Virus record (IMG/VR): IMGVR_UViG_3300044695_004869 | Direction: 5' to 3' (one strand) | Source: a virus | Lineage: Duplodnaviria; Caudoviricetes | Length of the DNA stretch: 64,000 bases | In this document: in pieces, positions 27,055-35,377 of the stretch | Position numbering within the stretch: position 1 is the first letter of the stretch | Layout of the letters: every line of letters begins with the position of its first letter | The notes under the pieces: model-generated | Seen by the model: the letters and a program-made list of their open reading frames with translations, nothing else | The model's database searches: none | What the model was told of the DNA's origin: nothing | Program-made: the position numbers and the translations under genes

Positions 27055-27115
27055 TTTTAGTAATATAGACAAAATAAAAGAACATATCAACTTCACAAGT
27101 TTTTAATAAGTTCTA

Positions 27116-27122
27116 TATTTAT
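27116..27122 (+). promoter_or_regulatory. TATTTAT motif
   Basis: 4 nt upstream of the 27127 start. Confidence 0.5.
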
Positions 27123-27126
27123 AGAT

Positions 27127-27348
27127 ATGCCAACAAATATAACAATAAACAATGTTACTGGTGCACAACCATTTGATATATATGTGTGTGATTCACCAAT
27201 AACAACTTGTATTTATGTCGCTACCATTAATACAATTGACATACCATATAGTTTTGATATTCCTGTTGTTTATTCAAGTTTAACAGAATTTGTTGTAAAA
27301 GTGGTGGATAATAATAATTGTATCGTTACGGATACTTTAAATATATAA
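27127..27348 (+). CDS. Small beta-rich putative virion protein
   Basis: 73 aa; VTGAQPFDIY...VKVVDNNNC resembles a single SprB-like module. Confidence 0.7.
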   Translation: MPTNITINNVTGAQPFDIYVCDSPITTCIYVATINTIDIPYSFDIPVVYSSLTEFVVKVVDNNNCIVTDTLNI

Positions 27349-27349
27349 T

Positions 27350-28936
27350 ATGAGTTGTAGTACAAATATTTGCATAAGCGGTACCGGAGTATATGATGAC
27401 ACATATACCATTGATGGTCTATATAATAGTTTAGATTACTATACGGGAGCCACTAATGGTTACTATATTTTTTATTCAACATCAGAAAGTAGGTGGTGTT
27501 TAGCATCTAATTTAGGTGACCCTTGTATTTTATTTGGTCCAAACCCAACATCAAGTAGTTGTCCCGATTTTTATCCATCAATTTTGTCTGATGGGGTTTG
27601 TGATCCAACACCTCCCACACCAGCACCTTGTGATATTGATTTTGATGCAGAATTTGATTGTGATGTTCCACCAACTCCAACCCCTACCCCAACCTCAACT
27701 TTAACTCCAACCCCAACAATGACTCCCACGCCAACTAATGTATGTGGTGGGGTCTCATTAGATGTCACCGCAAACACATATTCACCCACCCCCACACCTA
27801 CACCAACAAACACACCAACACCCTCATCACCAATTGATAGACCTTGTAATTATGATGGTGTTGCAAAATTTAATAATGTTGATGGATTTATTGTTTGTGC
27901 CACAAGTAAGAAATTTGAAGATTGTTTTACTGGTATTGAATACTACACAACACAAACTTTATTTGACTCAGTTGGTAATATATTAGTAGTTGGGGATGTT
28001 TATGGTGGTACAATAAACGGTAAATCATCTTGTTTTATATTCCAAACAATAGTTGATAATATAAGTGGTGGTGATAAAATTGTTATTACTACAGAATATG
28101 GTCCTTCTAGTGATGGTAGTTGTTTAGATTGTATTCCAACCACCTCTACACCAACACCAACACCAACAATGACCCCAACACCAACAACACCTTGTTCGTG
28201 TAACGCATATACAATATCAAACTTTAATTCTGCGGCTCAGATTGGAGTTATTACATTTAACGATTGTTCAGATAATAGATTAGTGGATTTAAGACCGTCG
28301 TCTATGGGTTGGCAATTTTGGGCTGATCGAGTAGTTCGTATTTGTTCCACCACAATACCAACTATTTCAGTAGGTAGCGCCGTAATAACTAATGTTGGTA
28401 TATGTTGTAATAGTAATCTTTGTGTTCAATATTTATTAAATAATAATAGTCCGGTTAATGGTCAATCATATATTTATACCGATTTATCAGGACTATCCAC
28501 AACTCAAACATTAAATGCATACCAAAGCATAATTGTTAATTCATTATCAACACCATATTCATTGTTTGGTGGAATAATTGTTAGTGAAACAGGTATACCT
28601 TGTTTCCCAAGTCCAACACCTACTCCAACACACACACCAACACCATCATCCACAAACCAAATTACAAGTTATAATTGGACTAGTGGAGCAAATTGGTGGT
28701 CTACGGATATATTGGCTTGTAGTAATTATGTATCATTTGCAAGTAATGGATGGATTACATCTACTTCATTACCTGTTGTCGGAATTCCATTAATCGATGC
28801 TTTATCAAATTTACCAATAACAGGTCAAAATAATCAATGGATTGCAATATCATCTGTATTAGCACCATCAGTTGTGGTTTATGCCGTACAAGTAGATTCT
28901 ACAGGAACAATAATTGACGTAGTACTTTGTCCATAA
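27350..28936 (+). CDS. Cys-rich putative virion/fibre protein with four (PT)n linkers
   Basis: Repeated PTPTPT tracts separating Cys-containing beta modules. Confidence 0.8.
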   Translation: MSCSTNICISGTGVYDDTYTIDGLYNSLDYYTGATNGYYIFYSTSESRWCLASNLGDPCILFGPNPTSSSCPDFYPSILSDGVCDPTPPTPAPCDIDFDAEFDCDVPPTPTPTPTSTLTPTPTMTPTPTNVCGGVSLDVTANTYSPTPTPTPTNTPTPSSPIDRPCNYDGVAKFNNVDGFIVCATSKKFEDCFTGIEYYTTQTLFDSVGNILVVGDVYGGTINGKSSCFIFQTIVDNISGGDKIVITTEYGPSSDGSCLDCIPTTSTPTPTPTMTPTPTTPCSCNAYTISNFNSAAQIGVITFNDCSDNRLVDLRPSSMGWQFWADRVVRICSTTIPTISVGSAVITNVGICCNSNLCVQYLLNNNSPVNGQSYIYTDLSGLSTTQTLNAYQSIIVNSLSTPYSLFGGIIVSETGIPCFPSPTPTPTHTPTPSSTNQITSYNWTSGANWWSTDILACSNYVSFASNGWITSTSLPVVGIPLIDALSNLPITGQNNQWIAISSVLAPSVVVYAVQVDSTGTIIDVVLCP

Positions 28937-28939
28937 AAA

Positions 28940-28993
28940 AAATATCGTCTATAAAGACGATATTTAAAAATATCGGTCAAAAAGACGATATTT
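28940..28993. repeat. Two tandem near-identical palindromes
   Basis: AAATATCGTCT-ATAA-AGACGATATTT and AAATATCGGTC-AAAAA-GACGATATTT, between convergent genes. Confidence 0.8.
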
Positions 28994-29046
28994 AAATTTA
29001 TATGTTAATTATCATATAAAGTAAAATATATGTTGTTTAACATATA

Positions 29047-29655
29047 TTATTCCCATATACCTTTTGATCTCATATAACCTAACACACAGGTATATGCATC
29101 TGTTTGATCAAAATTCTCTTTCTTAAGTGTTTGATTTTTTGTATATTGCCATTGGATCTGTGGTTCTCTTTTAGCAACTAATTCCCATATAACCATTTTC
29201 TTATCAACGTCTTTTGGGAGACCCCCAAATAGTACGTGTTTCTTCTTATCATTTTCTTTAACCAATTCAGGAAAAGCAAATTTCCTTGAATTATATGTAG
29301 AAATGAATTCAGGCACAATACCAATAATATCATAAATCGTTTTACATATTAATGTATTAAACCTTAATAAGGTTTGAATGGTATATACGTTATTTGAATT
29401 AAGTAATGGTTCTTCAATGATCACACTAACGATACCTAATTTTTTATAATCCTCTAATTTTGTTTTAAAAATTTCAGATTTAAGTATTAACTCTAACATT
29501 TTATTATCCTCAGTATCTTTTGATTTTGGTCTTGGTGATACATGAGTTAATTCTAATAGTTCTTGTGTCTTGATATCAAATAAGGCCCATCCTATTGTTT
29601 TAGTGGAAATATCTAACCCTAAAACTTTAGGTGAGTTTTTAATTGGTGTTCTCAT
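29047..29655 (-). CDS. RuvC-like Holliday junction resolvase
   Basis: VLGLDIST, VIIEEP and DQTDAY acidic motifs of the RNase H fold. Confidence 0.8.
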   Translation of the reverse strand: MRTPIKNSPKVLGLDISTKTIGWALFDIKTQELLELTHVSPRPKSKDTEDNKMLELILKSEIFKTKLEDYKKLGIVSVIIEEPLLNSNNVYTIQTLLRFNTLICKTIYDIIGIVPEFISTYNSRKFAFPELVKENDKKKHVLFGGLPKDVDKKMVIWELVAKREPQIQWQYTKNQTLKKENFDQTDAYTCVLGYMRSKGIWE

Positions 29656-29709
29656 ATAATGATTATTTTATAATAATATAATTAGACGATAATAAAACTA
29701 AAGTTTTTA

Positions 29710-32244
29710 TTATAAATCAAACTTAACTAAGAACTGTTGTATCCCTTGTCTTAAAACAGGTGATTGTAGTTTTGATACAACCAACACGTCTTTTTTGTCA
29801 TCTAATAACGCAATTTCAGTAATATAAGATTTTGTTCCTGGTGTCCATGTCGGATTTGACGTATTTTGGAATTCAGTATAATTTAAATTAACTTTATACA
29901 TCATTTCATAAATCGTTGCTTGAATATCGGTTTCAATCCCACCATAAAAATAATATTCATCACCAAAATTTAATTTTGGACTTGTATTACCAAGTGGGGT
30001 TAAATCAATATAGTCATTTAAGTTATAATATGGAGCCGAATTATACAAAGATTCCGTTACTATAAATGTGGTACCTGTTAAGGCATCTTCAGTAATATAA
30101 CCATTAATTGTGTCTCCACTAATACTATTTGTAAAATCTATTAACCTCCAATTAGATGGATTTGGTCTAGTACCTGTTGGTACTTTTTGTGCCAAAACTT
30201 CAAATTTAGTAGCATAAAAACCATTTGGTATATCACAAGTTGGGCAGAATGTGGTAGTAGTTGTAACAGGACTATATACTGTTGTTGTAGTTGTTATTGG
30301 ACTATACGTTGTTGTGGTTGTTGTTGGGTTGTATCCCGGTACAACTAAACATCCAAATTCACCACCAAATCTTATCGCCACGTTTTTAGACGTATCAGGG
30401 AAACAATCGTTATTATTACCCGTTATCTTAATATAATAATTGGAATGTAATGAATTTGTAAATCCGTAATCATTAGTTAAACGATATGTAATATACATAG
30501 TTTCATTACTACCCGTTAATATACCATTAATCGTAGATGAGGTTGTATCACATATATTCGGAGTTATTAATGATACTTGAGGTGCCGGTAATGTCCAATT
30601 TCGATTTGCTTTATATGACATTGCCGCAACAATTTCTTCATCATCAATAATAATAGTTTGACTATCAGGGAAAACTTTACCTATTCTACTTGGTAATCCA
30701 TTAGCATTAGGGTGAGTATCCCATAAGTGATAATATCTTAAACCAGGGTTATTCATATCATTATTAAGATTAGATTCCATGAAATGAACCTCAAATAATC
30801 CTTTACCATCAAATCCCGGAGGATCTACCCAAAATGTATCACCAAAACAACATTCAGGATTTTTATGCCACATAATCCAAGGAATGTGAACCTTAAAGTT
30901 TCTTGCCTGACCGGTTGTGTCGTCAGGGTTAGATGGATCATACGGTTCTAACGCAAATTTCTCACCATAGAAGAAGTCAATCGTTTGATTTGTATAATGT
31001 ATTATCGCAATCGCTTTTTGTTCTTCAGGTTCAACTTTTACCACCTCATCAAATGAGTTGTAGTAATATGTGTCAGTAGTTTCAGCACTTAAAGTTGAAT
31101 TAACATAAAAGGTTTGTCCTGAATTTGAATTATATCCAAAATACTCCTTACTTCCTATATAATTAACTGATCCAAAATAAGTATAGTCCTCAAATTGAGT
31201 TGATCTTAGACCCGCAGGACTTTCAGTCCAAGGAATATTCATATTCCAAATTTTAACATCAAACTGATCAACATCACATATTGTTTCATAGTTAATAACA
31301 TCATTATCCCAATGTGGACTTGGCGTTATACTATCATATAATTCTGTCATGGTTTTAGGGTATACTAAAGCCCTAAAACAACATTCATTACTAATTAAAC
31401 CAAAATTTGGTGTTGTTCTATCTAATGTAATTTTATTTTCACACACCGCAATGATTCTATAGGTTAATATTGGATAACAACTATACATAGACATTAAACA
31501 AACAGGATCCGGTGGAGCCGGACATTGTCTACTTGGTGTTGGTGTTAAACATTGAGTTTTTGATGGTGTTGGTGTAGGGGTAGGACTAGCACAATTTATT
31601 GTTCCACTAGTCGCAGAAGGTGTTGGGGTTGGAGTTGGGGTTGATCCTTGAGATGCCGTTGGAGTTGGGGTTGGTAGATTAACACAAGTACAATTGTTAC
31701 AACCCAAACCATCGAAATAAATTGTAATGAAATCACCAACATCAAATGATCCGGTTAAAAATGTATTACAACCAGAATAAATTAAAGTAATTTCATTAGT
31801 ACCATTTAATGAAAATGGATCAACTAAATAATTGGATGTTTTAACATAATTACTACTTGTTAATGCACTCCATGTGATTGTACTAGCGGTTGTATTACCC
31901 GTAAAAAACCCTCTCAAAGGAGCCCTATTAAAAACGTTTTCAACAGTAGAATCCATGTATGGAATACCATAAGTGTTACCGTCATTTCCATCAACATAAT
32001 ATGGATATTTAACATTTTGTTTGTTTGATTTTGGTATACCGTCACTATTTTGACTACCAAATGGTGGTATTAATACAAAACTATTTGCTTGATTATAAGT
32101 ACTAGAAACTTTATCGTAAGAAACTTCACTATCTCCAATTTGGAAATATGATATATTGAAATTGCCTTGAGACATTTTCAATCTACCTGTATCTGTCATT
32201 CTAGTGTTAACAAGTCCTGATGTATTTTTTATTATATATGCCAT
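29710..32244 (-). CDS. Putative tail/baseplate structural protein with PT and Thr tracts
   Basis: C-terminal YITEIALLDDKKDVLVVSKL..P resembles tail-fibre/collar attachment motifs; TATTTAT at 32252-32258. Confidence 0.75.
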   Translation of the reverse strand: MAYIIKNTSGLVNTRMTDTGRLKMSQGNFNISYFQIGDSEVSYDKVSSTYNQANSFVLIPPFGSQNSDGIPKSNKQNVKYPYYVDGNDGNTYGIPYMDSTVENVFNRAPLRGFFTGNTTASTITWSALTSSNYVKTSNYLVDPFSLNGTNEITLIYSGCNTFLTGSFDVGDFITIYFDGLGCNNCTCVNLPTPTPTASQGSTPTPTPTPSATSGTINCASPTPTPTPSKTQCLTPTPSRQCPAPPDPVCLMSMYSCYPILTYRIIAVCENKITLDRTTPNFGLISNECCFRALVYPKTMTELYDSITPSPHWDNDVINYETICDVDQFDVKIWNMNIPWTESPAGLRSTQFEDYTYFGSVNYIGSKEYFGYNSNSGQTFYVNSTLSAETTDTYYYNSFDEVVKVEPEEQKAIAIIHYTNQTIDFFYGEKFALEPYDPSNPDDTTGQARNFKVHIPWIMWHKNPECCFGDTFWVDPPGFDGKGLFEVHFMESNLNNDMNNPGLRYYHLWDTHPNANGLPSRIGKVFPDSQTIIIDDEEIVAAMSYKANRNWTLPAPQVSLITPNICDTTSSTINGILTGSNETMYITYRLTNDYGFTNSLHSNYYIKITGNNNDCFPDTSKNVAIRFGGEFGCLVVPGYNPTTTTTTYSPITTTTTVYSPVTTTTTFCPTCDIPNGFYATKFEVLAQKVPTGTRPNPSNWRLIDFTNSISGDTINGYITEDALTGTTFIVTESLYNSAPYYNLNDYIDLTPLGNTSPKLNFGDEYYFYGGIETDIQATIYEMMYKVNLNYTEFQNTSNPTWTPGTKSYITEIALLDDKKDVLVVSKLQSPVLRQGIQQFLVKFDL

Positions 32245-32263
32245 TTTGTATATAAATAGTTAA

Positions 32264-34327
32264 TTATTGAATTTTTGGTGGTTTAGGATTAACAACTCTT
32301 ATTGTATCACAATCATTATTAATTCTCACATTGTTTATGAAAATATAATATGATGAAGTTGCAACAAAACAATGTGGTGTTGGTAATATAGGTGAAATCG
32401 TGTTAGTAAATGACCCACCTATTGTTGTTCCAAATGTCATATTTAAACTAACCCAAGTAAATTGTTTTGTTGTATTATATTGGAATGATCCTTGACAAGG
32501 GAATGGTTGTGGTATTGGTGAAAGTTGATTCAATACCGGTGGTGGGGTATAAAGAACTGGAACACCATTAACATTTAAAGTAACCGTATTATTATAAGTC
32601 GCACTTGATGGAGAAGGACCAACATTAAACGTATTTTGATGTATAACATCAAAAGTAACTGTAGTACCAATAGGTAATGAAGGAGAAATACTCACTCCAA
32701 ATGTATTACCAGGTAAATAAGACATAGTTAAAATATAATTAACGGATAGTGTTGGAGCAGATAAAGACACAGTTTCTGTATATGTAAATCCTGAAGAATC
32801 TCTTACATAAACAACATAAGTACCTTGACATAAATTATTATAAATTGTTGTTGGTGCGTAAGTACTTCCCCCATTAATTGAATAGGTATATGGTGGTGTA
32901 CCACCAAAAGGAGTTAATAACAAACTTCCATCACACCCACATTCCGGATTATTAACAACTATATTTAAATTAGGGGTACTTATTAGTTGACATAACCCTA
33001 AAACCGCAGTTATTGATAATATTCTATTTGGTAATGTTGACCCTAAAGAATCCCAACCACTAAGTGGTGGTGTGGCAGGATTTGTATTAATTATTTGACC
33101 TGTAGTCCAACCAGATATTTCCCATTGATTATTTGATTCATTCCAAACAATATCTAACCCATCCGTAATATCTGTCCAAGTAGGATAATCCCCAATATAT
33201 CCATTAAAATCAAATTGATAATATTCCACAAAAGAAGTTTGTTTATCCCCTCTAATAATTGTAATACATATATCTTCATAAGATGGTAAAGGTTCTTGAG
33301 TTGTTGTTGTGGTGGTGATTGGTGTTTCAGCACTTAAAATACAAGTGGTATACGCCGTAAAATCACCATAATAATCAGTAACGACTGAACTATATTCCCC
33401 CACACCAATATTACTTAAAGATTGAGATAAAGATCCATTTTCCCAAACAACTTCATATGGAGGAGTTCCCCCTGTTATTCCTAAAGTTATTGCCCCATCA
33501 AAAGAATCCGCACTTGTAGGATCCACGGTAAAACATTCAACCCCAAGAGGAAAAATAGTTATTACAGAACATTCATTTTTTGGTTCAATTGGTGGGATAG
33601 GGGGGGCAAATGTTGTTGTGGTTGTTACAACGGGTTCAGTTGTTGTAGTTGTAATTACAGGACAATCAGGACAATCACCATTATTAATTACCTGAACATC
33701 CCCACCTAAAATTTTAATCCCACTTGAACTACATAATGAAATACCTGTTTGGTATTGAATAAAATATGGTGATTTTTTAGTTTCACCACAACAAGGTGTA
33801 AATTCAATTGAAGTTTTAACATTTGGTGCCGATTGGTTAGTTACAAAATAATTTACACAACAACTGTGATCAACAATACAGTTATTACAACTATTATATG
33901 GGGTACTATCAAAAGAAACAACACTAACATTTTCAGACCCATTTACACTACAAGAATGTGTATTTACGCTACCGATACTTATTAACTCATAACAACCTGT
34001 TTTATAGTTATTAGGATTTGACGATGAGATCGCCTGATCAAAATATATTGTGTCACCAATTTGATAAGTACTAAACGGATATTGATCACTTCCATCAAAA
34101 TCAATAATCTCCCCGTTACAACAACTTTGAAAACAATACCTGAAATCCTCTTTACCTAAATTAAGTACCGTAATAAATACGGCTGGCGACACAACACTAT
34201 TACCATTTATATAATAAGAAACATTTGGTAATAAATCCATTGATTTACTAACCCCATTACCATCAACAAATGTGAAGTTATTGTATATAACCGGGTTTAT
34301 ATTTTCTACCTTATATATTATCGCCAT
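32264..34327 (-). CDS. Putative virion fibre protein with SprB-like repeats and Thr tracts
   Basis: GGTPPYEVVW and GGTPPYTYSING..NLCQGTYVVYVRDSSG; TATTTAT at 34348-34354. Confidence 0.75.
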   Translation of the reverse strand: MAIIYKVENINPVIYNNFTFVDGNGVSKSMDLLPNVSYYINGNSVVSPAVFITVLNLGKEDFRYCFQSCCNGEIIDFDGSDQYPFSTYQIGDTIYFDQAISSSNPNNYKTGCYELISIGSVNTHSCSVNGSENVSVVSFDSTPYNSCNNCIVDHSCCVNYFVTNQSAPNVKTSIEFTPCCGETKKSPYFIQYQTGISLCSSSGIKILGGDVQVINNGDCPDCPVITTTTTEPVVTTTTTFAPPIPPIEPKNECSVITIFPLGVECFTVDPTSADSFDGAITLGITGGTPPYEVVWENGSLSQSLSNIGVGEYSSVVTDYYGDFTAYTTCILSAETPITTTTTTQEPLPSYEDICITIIRGDKQTSFVEYYQFDFNGYIGDYPTWTDITDGLDIVWNESNNQWEISGWTTGQIINTNPATPPLSGWDSLGSTLPNRILSITAVLGLCQLISTPNLNIVVNNPECGCDGSLLLTPFGGTPPYTYSINGGSTYAPTTIYNNLCQGTYVVYVRDSSGFTYTETVSLSAPTLSVNYILTMSYLPGNTFGVSISPSLPIGTTVTFDVIHQNTFNVGPSPSSATYNNTVTLNVNGVPVLYTPPPVLNQLSPIPQPFPCQGSFQYNTTKQFTWVSLNMTFGTTIGGSFTNTISPILPTPHCFVATSSYYIFINNVRINNDCDTIRVVNPKPPKIQ

Positions 34328-34355
34328 TTAAGTTATTTGTTTAATATATAAATAA

Positions 34356-35336
34356 TCAATTTATTGTTTTTTGAATAAATGATTTCATTACTTCAATATA
34401 TTTTATTGTAGTACTGTTCTTTTCAATGTAATCAAAATGTGATGGATTCTCTTTCAATTTTTCTATTGGATCAACATTTATATATTCACCCTTATAAAAT
34501 TTAGTACCTCTCAAATTATCCGTAACTCCAGCCATATGTAAAATTGGTCTTTCTTCGTAGATTTTTATATCATCTGTCGCCCAAGAAAAATTTAAATCAT
34601 CCACTACTTTGGTTTCATAATTATGTAACCATAAATTCCATAATAAAGACCACATTTCCGCAGTCCAAAATTGTATTTCACCAGGACTTATTGGATGTCT
34701 TTTATGATAATCATGCATTTGTTTATATAATGGAACACAATCTAAATATATTTTTTCCCAAAGTTCATACGTCATATTTTTTAACAAATATTGACCACCA
34801 CCCGAACTTTCTTGATTTGTTTTTATGACATCAACATCCAAACCAACAACATCCGCCATTTCTTTTAATAATTGACCTTTTTCTGATTTAGGATGAGCTC
34901 TTTCATATCTATCACAACAATCGGTTATATAATTGTATCCAATATAACCTATGGTGTCAGATAAATAACAAACATTATCTTTCATCAATTTATCAAAATC
35001 AGGCAATTCCCTAAAAATAATGTCGGCATCATGTAAGAAAAATACTTCACCATATTGGGGATGTTCATATAACCATCTTGATATTAAATATGGTTTAATA
35101 CTTGGGATATAATTTTTACCAATTCTTTCATCATAATAAAAATGTACATTAAACCCATAATCACATAATTCTAAAGCCCCTTGTGATGGTTCTTTTTGTC
35201 CATTAGTTAATCCGAAAATAACGTGAATTTGACATGGGTTAATTCCTTTTTCAATAAAATTATGAGTATAAAGTTTTACTTGCCAATGAAAATATGGTAC
35301 GTCAGGTTGGGCAGTAACAAAAATGATATCCTTCAT
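34356..35336 (-). CDS. GT-A fold glycosyltransferase resembling GT96 (SGT1)/GT95 (HPAT) protein O-glycosyltransferases
   Basis: YFHWQ, YIPSIKPYLISRWL, HDADIIFR (DxD), GYIG, WTAEMW motifs in the same order as plant SGT1. Confidence 0.78.
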   Translation of the reverse strand: MKDIIFVTAQPDVPYFHWQVKLYTHNFIEKGINPCQIHVIFGLTNGQKEPSQGALELCDYGFNVHFYYDERIGKNYIPSIKPYLISRWLYEHPQYGEVFFLHDADIIFRELPDFDKLMKDNVCYLSDTIGYIGYNYITDCCDRYERAHPKSEKGQLLKEMADVVGLDVDVIKTNQESSGGGQYLLKNMTYELWEKIYLDCVPLYKQMHDYHKRHPISPGEIQFWTAEMWSLLWNLWLHNYETKVVDDLNFSWATDDIKIYEERPILHMAGVTDNLRGTKFYKGEYINVDPIEKLKENPSHFDYIEKNSTTIKYIEVMKSFIQKTIN

Positions 35337-35377
35337 GATATAAAAGATATGTAACTTTTTAATAAAGTGAATTTATT

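Noticed and set aside
28940-28993. Mini CRISPR array
   Set aside because: Only two copies, 2 nt apart, with no spacer.
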